A stretch of DNA of 64,000 nt from Camelus ferus (taxonomy: Eukaryota). The notes beneath the pieces were generated by a model. It was not told the origin of the DNA. It saw nothing but the letters and a program-made list of their open reading frames with translations, and ran no database searches. Below, in pieces: positions 1-13,285 of the stretch. The number at the start of each line of letters is the position of its first letter. Positions within the stretch are counted from its first letter, which is position 1. The position numbers and the translations under genes were made by a program. The stretch is taken from assembly GCF_009834535.1 (NCBI RefSeq), contig NC_045696.1, positions 92,506,001 through 92,570,000 of the forward strand, given 5' to 3'.

Positions 1-34
1 AATATTTATTCTCCAGGTTAGATACTATTGCAGC

Positions 35-745
35 ACTAGAGTTCAAACTTTCTGCTTACATTTCCCTTTTAAATTTTTGAAAAGCTAAGCATCAACTTAA
101 ACATTTAAAAATATGCAACATTTGTTATCATAAATTTAAAGTCACAAAGGATGTCGTGTCCAGCATAAGTATTGCTATTTAAAAAATAACATTGTTGCAT
201 CATTATCTTAAATGTGTCCAATGGAATTTAAATCCCAGAGCTATTTGATATCTATCATCATCCATTTAAAAAATTCATGAACCTGCTCTTCTTTAGCAGT
301 TGGAAATTTTACATTCTTCCTTTTTCTCTCTGAACTTGTTTTTCCAGTCCATTTCTCACCCAGAATTTTATTCTGATATAAAAGATGTGTATCCTTGAAA
401 ATATTTTACAGATGTCCCTATCAAATAATTCTCTGCAACAAAAATATGAATGTAACTTAAAATGTTAAATTTTTATTTTCTATGTCCATAAGACTCTGTT
501 ATAAAATGTCTTGATTGAGCTATTGTAATAACTACTATTGGACATGATTGATCAAAACTAGATTTTCTAAATTTTAATAAATTATTGCTTAACATAAAAA
601 ATAAAATTTTGTTGAAAATATATCTTTTAATGACATGGGATAAGGTTGGGATTTCTTTTCTTAATTAAGAAGTCATGTGTCCATAGAGCAACAATATTTA
701 TTGGTAGAATGAGACAAGATTCACCATCAATTCTATTCCCTTTTT
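35..745 (-). mobile_element. Ancient hAT-Charlie-type DNA transposon fragment, interrupted by the L1 at 757 and probably continuing at ~4968-5135
   Basis: The minus-strand end (ttttcaaaaatttaaaagggaaatgtaagcagaaagtttgaac) and upstream 'ttccattggacacatttaag' resemble Charlie-family 3' ends as I recall them; AT-rich, no ORF. Confidence 0.45.
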
Positions 746-756
746 AAAAAATTTTT

Positions 757-3700
757 GGAAAATTACCAAACCACAAAAGGAAGAAGAAAGGAACAAAGAG
801 GATATACCAATTCAACTGCAAAGATAAGTTCAAAATGGCAATAAACACACATCTATCATTAATTACTGTAAATGTTAATGGACTAAATGCTCCAGTCAAA
901 AGACACAGAGTGGCAGACTGGATAATAAAGCAAGAACCTTCAATATGCTGCATACAAGAAACCCACTTTAGGGAGAAGGACACATATAGATTGAGAGTGA
1001 AAGGATGGAAAAGGATATTCCATGCAAATGGAAAAGCCAAAAAAGCAGGTGTTGCAGTACTGATTTCAGACAAAATAGACTTTAAAACAAAGGCCATAAA
1101 GAAAGATAAAGAAGGACATTTTATAATGATTAAAGGAGTGATACAAGATAAGGATATTACACTCGTTAATATATATGCACCCAATATAGGAGCACCTAAG
1201 TACATACAAGAATTACTAACAGAGATAAAGGGGGATATTGATGGGAATACAATCATAGTTAGAGATTTTAACACTGCATTAACATCACTAGACAGATCTT
1301 CCAGACAGAAAATAAACAAGGCAACAGAGAAATTAAATACTACAATAGAAAAACTAGATTTGGTGGATATTTTCAGAGCATTACACCCCCCAAAAATAGG
1401 ATATACATTCTTTTCAAGTGCACATGGAACATTTTCCAGGATCGATCATGCACTTGGGCACAAAAGAAACCTCAACAATTTTAAGAAGATAGAAATTATC
1501 TCAAGCATCTTTACTGACCACAATGCCATGAAACTGGAAATCAACAACAGAGAAACAAAGGAGAAAAAAAGGAAAGCATGGAGATTAAACAATATGTTAT
1601 TGAAAAAACAATGGATCAATGAGGAAATCAAAGCTGAAATTAAAAAATACCTTGAGACAAATGAGAATGAAAGCACAACCACTCAAAACCTATGGGACAC
1701 AGCAAAGGCAGTGCTAAGAGGGAAGTTTATAGCGATACAGGCCTTCCTCAAAAAAGAAGAACAATCTCAAATAAACAATTTAACCCACCACCTGAATGAA
1801 TTAGAAAAAGAAGAACAAAAAGCCCCAAAAAGCAGCAGAAGGAAGGAAATAATAAAGATCAGAGAGGAATTAAATACAATAGAGATTAACAAGACCATAG
1901 AAAAAAATCAACCAAACCAAAAGCTGGTTTTTTGAAAAAGTAAATAAAATCGACAAACCTCTGGCCAAACTCACAAAGAAGAAAAAAGAGAGAGCACAAA
2001 TTAGCAAAATAAGAAAGGAAAATGGAGAAATTACAACAAACAAAATAGAAATACAGAATATCATACGAGAATATTATGAAAAACTATATGGAACCAAACT
2101 GGATAACCTAGAGGAGATGGACAAGTTTCTGGAAACATACTGTCCACCAAAACTGAATCAAGAAGAATCTGAACGCTTGAACAATCTGATCACTAGAAAG
2201 GAAATAGAAATAGCAATTAAAAACCTCCCTACAAATAAAAGTCCAGGACTGGACGGCTTCACCGGGGAATTCTACCAAACATACAAAGAAGGACTCATAC
2301 CAGTCCTTCTCAAACTCTTCCAGACGATTGAAAAGGAGGGAATACTCCCCAACTCATTCTATGAAGCCACCATCACCCTGATACCAAAACCAGACAAAGA
2401 CACTACAAAAAAAGAGAATTATAGGCCAATATCACTGATGAACATAGACGCCAAAATCCTCACCAAAATTTTAGCAAATAGAATCCAACACATAAAAAAG
2501 ATTATATGTCATGACCAAGTGGGGTTCATCCCAGGGACACAAGGCTGGTTCAACATACGCAAATCAATCAGTGTAATACATCACATCAACAAGAGAAAGG
2601 ACAAAAACCACATGATCATCTCAATCGATGCAGAAAAAGCATTTGATAAAATTCAACACCCATTTATGATAACAACTCTCGCCAAAGTGGGTATAGAGGG
2701 AACATATCTCAACATAATAAAAGCTATATATGACAAACCTACAGCCAGCATAGTACTCAACGGTGAAAGACTCAAAAGCTTCCCACTAAAATCTGGGACA
2801 AGACAAGGATGCCCACTATCACCACTCCTATTCAACATAGTCCTGGAAGTCCTAGCCACAGCAGTCAGGCAAGAGAAAGAAATAAAAGGGATCCAAATTG
2901 GAAAAGAAGAGGTAAAAGTGTCATTATATGCTGATGACATGTTACTATATATAGAAAACCCTAAAAGGTCCACACAAAAGCTACTAGAGCTGATGGAAGA
3001 ATTCAGCAAGGTAGCAGGTTACAAAATTAACGTTCAAAAATCAGTTGCATTTCTTTACACTAACGATAAATCAACATAAGAAGAAAGTAAAGAAACAATC
3101 CCCTTTAAAATAGCACCCAAAGTAATAAAATATCTGGGAATAAATCTAACCAAGGAGGTGAAAGAATTATACACAGAAAACTATAAACCATTGATGAAGG
3201 AAATTAAAGAAGACTTTAAAAAATGGAAAGATATTCCATGCTCTTGGATTGGAAGAATCAATATTGTTAAAATGGTCACACTGCCCAAGGCAATCTACAG
3301 ATTTAATGCAATGCCTATCCAATTACCCAGGACATATTTCACAGAACTAGAAAAAATCATAATAAAATTCATATGGAACCATCAAAGACCTAGAATTGCC
3401 AAAGCATTACTGAAGAGAAAGAGAGGCTGGAGGAATAACTCTCCCAGACTTCAGACAATACTACAGAGCTGCAGTCATCAAGACAGCATGGTATTGGTAC
3501 CAAAACAGACATATAGACCAATGGAACAGAATAGAGAGCCCAGAAATGAACCCACAAACTTTTGGTCAACTCATCTTTGACAAAGGAGGCAAGAATATAC
3601 ATTGGAATAAAGACAGTCTCTTCAGCAAATGGTGTTGGGAAAACTGGACAGCAGCATGTAAAACAATGAAGCTAGAACACTCCCTTACACCATATACAAA

Positions 3701-4956
3701 AATCAACTCAAAATGGATTAAAGACTTAAACATAAGACAAGATACAATAAACCTCCTAGAGGAAAACATAGGCAAAACATTATCTGACATACATTTCAAA
3801 AATTTTCTCCTAGAAGAAATAAAAGCAAGAATAAACAAATGGGACCTAATGAAACTTACAAGCTTCTGCACAGCAAAGGAAACCAGAAGTAAAACAAGAA
3901 GAAAACCTACGGAATGGGAGAAAATTTTTGCAAGTGAAACCAACAAAGGCTTGATCTCTAGAATATATAAGCAGCTCATATGACTCAATAAGAAAAAAAT
4001 CAACAACCCAATCCAAAAATGGGCAGAAGACCTAAACAAGCAATTCTCCAAGGAAGACATACAAATGATCAAAAAGCACATGAAAAAATGCTCCATATCA
4101 CTAATTATCAGAGAAATGCAAATCAAAACTACAATGAGGTATCACCTCACACCAGTCAGAATGGCCGTCATTCAAAAATCCACAAATGACAAATGCTGGA
4201 GAGGCTGTGGAGAAAGGGGAACCCTCCTACACTGCTGGTGGGAATGCAGTTTAGTGCAGCCACTATGGAAAACAGTGTGGAGATTCCTCAAAAGACTAGG
4301 AATAGACTTACCATATGACCCAGGAATCCCACTCCTGGGCTTGTATCCAGAAGGAAATCTACTTCATGATGACACCTGCACCCCAATGTTCATAGCAGCA
4401 CTATTTACAATAGCCAAAACATGGAAACAGCCTAAATGTCCATCAACAGGTGACTGGATAAAGAAGATGTGGTATATTTATACAATGGAATACTACTCAG
4501 CCATAAAAACCGACAACATAATGCCATTTGCAGCAACATGGATGCTCCTGGAGAATGTCATTCTAAGTGAAGTAAGCCAGAAAGAGAAAGAAAAATACCG
4601 TATGAGATCGCTCATATGTGGAATCTAAAAAACAAAAACAAAAACAAACAAACAAACAAAAACAAAGCGTAAATAAAGGACAGAAATAGACTCACAGACA
4701 GAGAATACAGACTTGTGGTTACCAGGGGGGTGGAGGGTGGGAAGGGATAGACTGGGATTTCAAAATTGTAGAATAGACTACACTGTATAGCACAGGGAAA
4801 TATACACAAAATGTTATGATAACCCACAGAGAAAAAAATGTGACAATGAGTGTGTATATGTCCATGAATAACTGAAAAATTGTGAACACTGGAATTTGAC
4901 ACAACATTGTAAAATGATTATAAATCAATAAAAAATGTTAAAAAAAAAAAAAAAGA
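757..4956 (+). mobile_element. Young 5'-truncated LINE-1 (end of inter-ORF spacer, ORF2, 3'UTR, poly(A))
   Basis: Near-continuous ORF2 homology; poly(A) ~4940-4956; TSD AAAAAATTTTT at 746-756 and 4957-4967, preceded by a canonical TTTT/AAAA endonuclease site. Confidence 0.97.
835..4628 (+). pseudogene. Disrupted L1 ORF2 (APE endonuclease, reverse transcriptase, C-terminal CCHC knuckle)
   Basis: Starts [22 protein letters not shown] motifs QGCPLSP and [22 protein letters not shown]; ends ICGI*. Four lesions: +1 frameshift in an A-run ~1901-1907, in-frame TAA 3077-3079, frameshift ~3420, in-frame TGA 3981-3983. Confidence 0.97.
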
Positions 4957-5139
4957 AAAAAATTTTTAAAGATACATGTTCCAAGAAACCTTGTTCATAT
5001 AGATAAACTGATGGAAAGGGAAGACTTTATTGTAGTAAAATTATTGATTTCTTTAAATGTCTTCTCAGACATATATAAAAATCACAATGATGTGTCATTT
5101 AAAAATGATGTATTAATATCTATCCACTGACAACTCTGA

Positions 5140-5510
5140 GATGGGGAACTTTAGAATACAATAACAGAGGAGTGATATGATCAGTCTTATGTATTAAAAG
5201 GATCCATCCAGCTGCTGTGCCAGAACAGAATGTAGAGGGTCAAGGGAAGCAGGAGAGAGAGCAGTTTGGAGGCTGCTGCAGTAACCAAGGAGAGACGATG
5301 GCGGCTTAGGCCAGGGGTAAACAGTGGAGGTTAAAATTTAAGTGTTCAGACTAAATACAGATTTTGGAGGCAGAAAGGACAGAATTTCCTGGTGGATTGT
5401 TACCAGGAAAGCAGTATAAAAGAATGAGAGGAGTCAAGCATGGCTCAAAGGATTTTGATTAGAGACACTTGCTGAGACTAGGAAAATGTAGGAGGACCAA
5501 GTTTGCTGGG
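5140..5510 (-). mobile_element. LINE-2 fragment
   Basis: ggagtgatatgatcagtcttatgtattaaaaggatccatccagctgctgtg...ggaggctgctgcagtaacc matches the L2 3' region in reverse. Confidence 0.7.
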
Positions 5511-5544
5511 TGGGGGTGGGTGTAATTAGAGGGTTGCTTTTGTG

Positions 5545-6400
5545 TTTACTTACATAGTCACTATTTTTGATGCTCTGAGGACCCATGTTTCTATCCACTA
5601 TCATTTCCTATAGTCTGAAGAACTTCGCTGAATATTTCTTATAGATCTATTAGCGACAAATTCTCTTTTACATAAAAACACCTTTACTTTATCTTCATTC
5701 TTAGAGGGTATTTTCTCTGGGTTCTTCTTTTCTGTAACTTTCAAGATTTTGTTTCATCTCATCTTCTGACCTCCACATTTTCAGATTAGAAATCAGTTAT
5801 CAATCAAGTCATTTTACCTTATTTGCAATGAGTTGGATTTTGTTGGATGTTTTTAGTATTTTCTCCTTATTTTTGATTCTGATCAGTTTGACTCTGATGT
5901 GCTCAGGTTTTCTTTGTATTTATACTGCTTGGGATTTGCTGAGCTTGAATCTTTAAATTTCTGTCTTTTACCAAATTAGGGGGAATTTTGGTCATTTTTT
6001 ACAGTCTCTCTCCTTTCCTCTGGGACTCCAATAACACATATATTAGATCTTTTGATGCTATTCACGTTCTTGAGGCTCTTTTTATTGTTTTTCATTCTTA
6101 TTTTCTCTTTAGGTTGGATAATTTTATTGATCTTTCTTTAAGCTCACTTTGCCTATATTCTAATGTTAAGTGCATCAAGTAACCTTTTAACTTCAGATCG
6201 TGTATTATTCAGTTCTAGAATTTTCATTTGGATACTTTCTATAGTTTTATGACTATGATGAGATTTCTAATCTTTTCATTCACTGTAAGCATACCTTTCC
6301 TTTACCTGATTGAGCACAGTTACGATAACTGATAACTGGTTTTAAATCCTTATCTGGTCTCTAATCATTTTGAACTTTTATCCAATCTACATTAACTGAC
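5545..6400 (-). mobile_element. Old L1M fragment (5'/ORF1-side region)
   Basis: T-rich tract with L1M-like motifs (ttcagttctagaattttcatttgg; cagtttgactctgatgtg). Confidence 0.55.
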
Positions 6401-6694
6401 AGTCTTTCTCTAAAAAACAAATGGAGGGAGAGGGGAAATAAACACGTTCGAATTATTTCCCTCCTCTCCCTTCGCCCAGGCCAAAAAGAAACTTGAGGCA
6501 GGATGTGAGAATAGGAGTGAACTTGATTAGGACGGAGATGCCACTGGGCCTTATCTATTGCCCTGTATCCAAGAAGGCTTCTGAGTGGGAGGAAAGCAAT
6601 GGCTGAGGGAGGTATTTGGCCATGAGGGCCTGAGGGGCAGGATTCCTGCATACTAAAGTGACTCCAGAACACTTTGTGAAACTGGGATATTTTT

Positions 6695-7098
6695 AAGAGA
6701 AAGAAAAATACCATATGGCATCACTCATATGTAGAATCTAAAAAAAAAAAAAAGACAAATAAACTTTTATATAAAACAGAAACTGACTCACAGACATAGA
6801 ATAGAGACTTGTGGCTGCCAGTGGGGAGAGGGGTGGGAAGGGATAAACCGGGAGATCGAGATTTGCAGATACTGACTGGTATGTGTAAAACAGATAAACA
6901 AGTTTATACTGTATAGCACAGGGAAATATATTCAGTACCTTGTAGTAGCTCATGGTGAAAAAGAATAAGTAAATGAATATATGTGTGTTCCTATATGACT
7001 GAAGAATCATGCTGTACACCAGAAGTTGACACATTGTAAACTGACTATACCTCAAAAAAAAAAAAAAAAAGAAAGAAAAACAAACAAACAAAAAAAAA
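6695..7098 (+). mobile_element. 5'-truncated L1 3' end (last ORF2 codons, 3'UTR, A-rich tail)
   Basis: Collinear with 4585-4920; long A/CAAA tail 7054-7098. Confidence 0.92.
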
Positions 7099-7198
7099 GG
7101 GACACTTTTGCAAGTGAGGAGAGTGCTATTAATAATTACATAGAAACAACAGGCAAAACCTGGCAATGTCCCCAAAACCAGGAGGCATAATCATCCTA
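7099..7198 (-). mobile_element. MER94-like hAT-Blackjack MITE fragment
   Basis: gggacacttttg...gtgctattaataattac...acaacaggc...catccta matches my recollection of the MER94 reverse complement. Confidence 0.6.
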
Positions 7199-8009
7199 CT
7201 CAGACACTCAGCATCATATGGAACAGCATCCAAAATGTTTCTGTAGCAGTGGTCCCTCCCATCAAAATGCATCAGGAAATGACTGGGAGAAGCCAACCGG
7301 CTATGAAGCTGGGTCAAGACAATGGAATTGCAAAGTGGCCTGCTGTGAGGGAAGGAAGTCTCACCCCAGGACGGACAAGCAGCCCAGCCCTGAAGTGCAG
7401 GCCTTGAGGACCAAGGATGGCACTGAGACCAGGTACTCCTCCCATGGTCAAGACAATATGCAAGTTCCCATAGAAACCGAGATCACCCCAAAAAGAAAGA
7501 CAAGGAGAGAATCTAAAACTGACTGAATTCACATTCAAAAGTGACTGTTGATCTTGGATTGGTAGAATTTTTGTTCTGCTCTCAATGGAAATGAAGGTTT
7601 TGTGAGTTACACACTGAGGAATAGTGATGTTTTTGTGTTCCTGACTGCTATGACTATGTGAAATTTCCAATTGTTTCGCACCTTGTCCTAAGACTGTTGA
7701 TGTTTTTATTAGTTTCAACATCCCCCTGTGTCCTCTGACCTTGGCGGAACTTAGAACCCATCAGGCCACTCCCAGGTGAGTGAAACACACACACATCTGC
7801 CGACAGGCAGGGTTGCACACACAGGCTGCGATGGGCAGAGTGTAGAGGGAAGAGCATGAGGATGCTGACCTCGAAGCTTCAGCAGGAAGATCTTTGAACC
7901 AGAGCCTTTTCCAAATAAGGGTCTTTAGTTTCAGTCAGAATAGCAACAATATTTATCACAATGGCTAATACCCATGTAGTTAGACATACGAATCAATTTT
8001 GCCTGTGAT

Positions 8010-8105
8010 TTCATTCTCCATTTTTTGATGAGGAAATGCAGGCCCAAAGGTTGTGTGACTTGCTCCACTGTAAGCAGCTTTGAGGGACTCAAAGTCAGAT
8101 ACTGT
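8010..8105 (-). mobile_element. MIR fragment
   Basis: Core ccattttttgatgaggaaatgcaggccc...gtgacttgc. Confidence 0.65.
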
Positions 8106-9637
8106 GTTTCACAGTTCATACTTCTTCCCCAATTGCCAAATGAAGGACCAGCACCCAGAGACATGGAGAAGTGTCCTTTTAGCACCAGTAATCTGCATTC
8201 TATCCAGGAACAAATTCTCCATGAACTGAATATTTCTTAAGAGGTCAATTCCTGTTGCTCTCCCTTTATGATATTTATAAACAATACACTGGTTATCCGC
8301 TCCACTAAAGCCTTGGATTTTTTTTCCTTCAATCTGCCTGTGGCCAGGTTGGTTTCTTCTTTCCCGTTAATTTGCTAACCATGAATGGCTATTGGTCATC
8401 TTTAGTACCTTTTAAATACTTAGCACTGTGTAGTGAGTCACTGTATTCCTACAGCATTTCTGCTGCTTAAGTAGGCTACACATTTCTTTTAGAATGTCAT
8501 CGTTGAAAGAAAATGCAGTTCCTCTTGATAGATTTTAGAACGTTGCTATTTATAAAGCATAGAGTAAACCTCTCTGAAAATATTTGGCAAACAAAACACA
8601 CTGAAGCCATCACTGCAGAGTGTGCTGAAAGCTATGCTATCTGCAATCACTGCTTTAAGGAAACATCAGAAAAAAACCACTCTTCTGTAAGATTTTACAG
8701 CCTCTTACAGAATCTAGAGATTTAGAAATAATCTGCATTTTCTCTGTCTCCTCCCCTTTGGAAGAGAAGAGGGATTCCAAAAAGGAAAAATAAAGAGTGC
8801 AAAACAGGAGGCAATTATTTTCTTATTTTTAAAGACAGACAAGTTCTGATGATAAGTACTTAAATTCATGGCCTCCAACCTCAGGCAGGCCATATTACTA
8901 GGCAGCAACCAGGATCAATGACATTTTGTGATCTTACAGGAAATATTTGTGAGGTGAGTCAGACCAGCAATAATCCTGTCCCAACCATTGCCCTTTACTC
9001 AAACTTCTTCCTTTTAAACTTGAAAGACCACTTGTCAATAGACTTGGAAAGCACTTTCACTTAATAAAAAACTATTCCGGGCTCCAATATCTAAATCCAG
9101 CTCTCCTTTGTTGGAGTACTGATGCTGTGATTTTGGTTGTGTTCCAATTTAGGCCCTGTTGCCCTGGTTCCCATCCTAGGGGCTGACCCCAATTCAGTCA
9201 CTCACAATAAAAATAACATAGCTGGGCTCTTAGCATGTGGTTCAGTATGAACTCAAATATTTCTTCAGTCCCACATTGGAAAAGCAAATAATAGCCCACA
9301 TTTCTGATGTATTATTCCCGCCCTTTGTAGGTTGATTCTGCCTCACTGCCTGGCAGAAAAGGGACTCCATTTCCCACCGATTCTTGACCCTCAGGAATAC
9401 CATTTGTGTGAGATTAAACTCAGCTAAAATATTTTGAAGAAGTCTCTCACTGATATTTTCCAATCACAATGCCGCTATGATCACATTGCCTCAAGTTAAG
9501 GGAAGCCTCATTAATAAAATCCACAACTATTATGAATGAGGAAATAAATGGCAAAAATAAAACAAGAAAGGTATTTAAGGAAGCAGTTGTCTAATGAAAA
9601 GGGAGGCTGAGAGATCACTTAAACCTGGAGAGGCAGA

Positions 9638-9845
9638 AGTAGTGTAATGGCACTTCACATCAGACAGAGGTGGGCAACGTACGCTCTGCTGCAAATGAGC
9701 TGTGTGACCTAGGAAAGTTGATTCACCTCTCAGAGTCGCCATGTCCCCATTTGCACAAGGAGGAAATACAAATTACAATGTTTCTATGAGGATTACAGAT
9801 AAAGTGTAAAGTATAGTGCTCAACAAAACTATAGACATTATTATG
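9638..9845 (+). mobile_element. MIR
   Basis: gctgtgtgacctaggaaagttgattcacctctcagag core and gtgctcaacaaa tail. Confidence 0.75.
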
Positions 9846-10450
9846 ATAACATTTTGTCATTTATTGTTACATTATTTACACTTTAACAACTAGAGCATTT
9901 TTTAAATGTGTCAAAGCATTCCTACATTCATACTGTAATAATGCACATGTAAGAGTTTGGGCCAAAATTTTTTAGCCCAATTTTTTGGAGTGTAAAAGCT
10001 GGTTTATATGTAATTGCCTAGTACTCATGCAGTTTAAGGCATGATAGCAAGGAGCTCTTTATTCCATGATGTCTGGAGCTAATTTAAGACAGCGTTTGCA
10101 CAGTGGGTGAATGGTAGGGAGACTGGAAATAGAGGTTCCCTATAAATATGAGGTACCTTAAGAAGGCTATGCTGCTGTGGCAGCTAGGACATGAATAGGA
10201 GAATGCGGGAGTTAGGACCGATACGGACAGCAGACCTGACCACATTAGCAGTGAGGGGGCAGGAGGCGACCTGACCATCTGCTGGGCTGCAGACTCCCCA
10301 GAGCTGCTTGCAGTGCTTCCATCATCCCTGGAAGGGATTCTGGAAAAGGCTCAGGGGCACTCTGGGATTTTCAGTTGCTATAAGGGATGGTGACATGTTT
10401 TCTTTGTTCATATTCATGTTATCAGTACATAGATGGGTTTTTGACACTCA

Positions 10451-10590
10451 AGGTGTGGTCTCAAAACCAGCACTTCAGGCAGCACCTAGGAACTAATTAG
10501 AATTACCCCAGACCTACTGAATAGGACCTGCATTTTAATGAGGTCGCCCAGATGGTTCATATGCACACTGAACTTTGAGAATTATTAGTC
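10451..10590. mobile_element. MER5A-like hAT MITE
   Basis: gtggtctcaaa...ccccagacctactgaat...ctgcattttaa...tttgagaattattag. Confidence 0.7.
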
Positions 10591-11289
10591 TCCACATACT
10601 GGGAGACTGTGTATGGAGGGTTGAACAATATAGAGAATGCACAATTTTTGAGTAGTACAGAAGAAACAGACGTAGTAAGGTTTAGTAATTTCCTAAATTC
10701 ACTGAAGCCTGGCTGATTCCAAAATCCCTGCTCTTTCTTTATTGAGTAGGTGCTTTTGAAACAGGAGTTGGATGCCTGTTAAAAGAGTATAAATGCTTTC
10801 TATATAAAATGTGTTCCTGATAAATGGTGATGAGAAGGGTTTAGAAGGATTTACGGATATTCCCAGGTAGCTGGGAGTAGAGTAAGGAGGGAGATAAAAC
10901 TCAAACCAAGGCAAGTAATCTAGAAATCACCACAGAATTGTCTTTGTCTCAAACCCTCAGACCCACTCCTGGCCTTGAGCCCCTCTCTTGGCCATGGATG
11001 CTGCTTCCTGACTCACAGAACCGGAGACATGTCTCCCCTTGTCCTGACGCCCAGTGCTGACCATAGCATCCTCTATCAAGCTCTGATGTACCAGGTTTAA
11101 GTTTTCCCATGGATTTCTTTTGCGAGTTATAACTGAAGAGTAAGTGTAGAATGCTGGCATTTACAATGCTTGGCAAACTTTTCAGACTCAACCCACTGTC
11201 TTTCTTAAACACAATTTTCCAAATAATTAAAAGGAATAACCAAATTCCTACTAGAGATAGAAAGCTTGATTCAGCAAAGGATGGTATGA

Positions 11290-11800
11290 TCCTCTAAACA
11301 GATATGTTGCCCATTTGGGGCTACAGAGGCCATGTGTCATCCCAGAAAATGGGGGATGAGGATGTAGAGATTGCAGCCAACCTTTTTTTGAAGACTGCTG
11401 TGATGTGGGAGAGAGAATATGATGGTCACTAAGAAGTGGGTGTTTAGGGGGAGTCTTAAAGATGGAACAGGCTTGAGCAAGTTTTTTTGCTGGAAGGAAG
11501 GAAGAAACCAGTGTTAGGGACAGGCTGAAGATCCTAGAAAGAAGAGACGACAGACAGAATAAGGTCCCCAGGTCGATGGGGTCATGGAATCCAGAGCACA
11601 AGTAGACATACTGGTCTCAGGCAGAGGCTGGACAATCTGTTAATGGAATAGGAGAAATGGTGGGAAGAGGAAGGATGCAGATGCAGGAGGGTTTAGGCTC
11701 AGTGGGAGGAAGTTGAGGAAGTCCCTTCAAGTGGTCTCTGTTCTCTCTGTGATGTAAGAATGAAGGGGTCACTTCCCTCCTGGGCATGAAGGAGCCAGAG
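11290..11800 (-). mobile_element. Degraded LINE-2 fragments
   Basis: Purine-rich tract with L2-like motifs (gaagtgggtgtttagggggag; ggtctctgttctctctgtgatgtaag). Confidence 0.4.
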
Positions 11801-11824
11801 TGGCCACGTTTTAGGAGAGTGGTT

Positions 11825-12270
11825 GTGCTCGAGCACTTTCCAGCAGGAAACGTGGCACACTCCAAAGAGTTTAACTAAAGAGAATTAATGAAGGGGTGAG
11901 TCAGATAGATGTGGGCTGGGTTAAGGGAACAAAGAAGGGAAGATGAGGCACCCAGGAACTAGCAACAGTGAGCTGCTCAGAGCTGCAGTCATGAAAAGGG
12001 AATTGCCCAGAGACATTAGTCAGTGGGACTCCTCCCTTGCCAGACCAATGGGGAGGCAGGGAGGAAGCAGGGAAATAGAGAAGCCAACCTCTCTGTCCTC
12101 TTGCCCTCTGATTCTTCTGCAAGCCCCCTCCTTGACCAAACCCGACAGGAAGCCAGAGGGTAAGGAGCCAGATGGTGTCATCTGCAGAGGTCAGACAATC
12201 AGGGCACAGAAAAGATACAGGTGGAGAATCAATCCACAGGGGAAACAGCAAGTAACCAGCAGGAGGAAGA
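11825..12270 (-). mobile_element. ERVL solo LTR (LTR33-like)
   Basis: tccagcaggaaac...ggcacactc...gagtttaa; homologous along its length to 51555-51995. Confidence 0.6.
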
Positions 12271-13049
12271 TGTTTGAAATGGCCACTGTGGAGGATGGAT
12301 GAAAGATCTGCTAGGAATGGGGCCTGCCTGAGGCTGGAGGCCATGAATCTCCAGTGCAGGCCTGTGACTGTCTGCTGGAGTGCCCAGCAGTGTAAGCATG
12401 GAGAAATGGGATGGTTTGGTTGACCCAGAGTTTGGGTTTTTCAGGCAGGTGGGATAGAGGCACAATGCGGGGCTGAGGAAACTGTCACTGGAAAGACTTG
12501 TGATGGATAATGATGTGTAAGATCTGTGATCAAGAAATTGAAAGGAAGAAGATGATAGAAAAGAAGAAAAAAAAAAAAGTCAAGTTCCTCGAGGCCAGGC
12601 CCAGGGGTTCACTGCTGTTTCTCAGTGTCTCTGGAGGGTCAGTACCAAGTGATCAGGAGGCTGAGGTCAGTGTGCGGATGGAGCTCTGCTTGCTGGGCCG
12701 CCTGTCATGGCTATCTCTGTGGGTTGTGTTTGTGTTTGCCCAGCACCTTTTTTTTTTTTTAAATGGTAAACAGCAACTCCTCAGTTTCATGTAGATACCA
12801 TTGGACTATAAATCACAAGGCCCATGTGGCCCATGTTCACATTGGTGGCCACATCTCCCAGGCCTTTCTATTTTGAGCATTGTGATGTGACATTTACATG
12901 CTACGATGAACAAAATCTACTCAGAGCCCTTCCACTGCATGAGATATACAGACACAGAGGGAGGGTATCTTCCCATTGGATTCTAAACCTAAGTCTGCCA
13001 GGGTCCACCTTGGCTCTTAGGCAGATGAAGCCTATCAGAAGCGAGAGAA

Positions 13050-13285
13050 AAACTGGAAGTTCCATATTCAAAATGACAAACAAGAAGAGCTGAAGATGCA
13101 GCGAGGAAAAGCCCTGACAGCATCATTTGAGCCCCTCATCCAGCCATGCGTGGGTCTATCCCTTTGACTTTCCGTTTTCATGAGACAGTAAAATATCTTT
13201 TGTGCTTTAGCTGGTTTTTACTGGATTTCAGCTGGTTTTTATTAGGTTTCTGCTGCCTTTCACCAAAAAGGGGCTGAGGAATGTA
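13050..13285 (+). mobile_element. MaLR LTR fragment (MLT1J/K-like)
   Basis: cctgacagcatcatttgagcccctcatccagccatgc...catgagacagtaaaat...tttagctggttt. Confidence 0.65.

Noticed and set aside
744..4928. Hydrophobic minus-strand ORFs (744-1319, 2653-3009, 3566-4126 and others), and the similar plus-strand ORF 48648-49136
   Set aside because: These are antisense shadows of A-rich L1 sequence, not membrane proteins.
6679..7110. Possible TSD aaactgggatattttt / aaaagggacacttttg around the 6695 L1
   Set aside because: Too many mismatches for a fairly young insertion; not claimed.
13209..13250. Imperfect 21-bp tandem duplication (agctggttttta...)
   Set aside because: Ordinary local duplication inside a decayed LTR.
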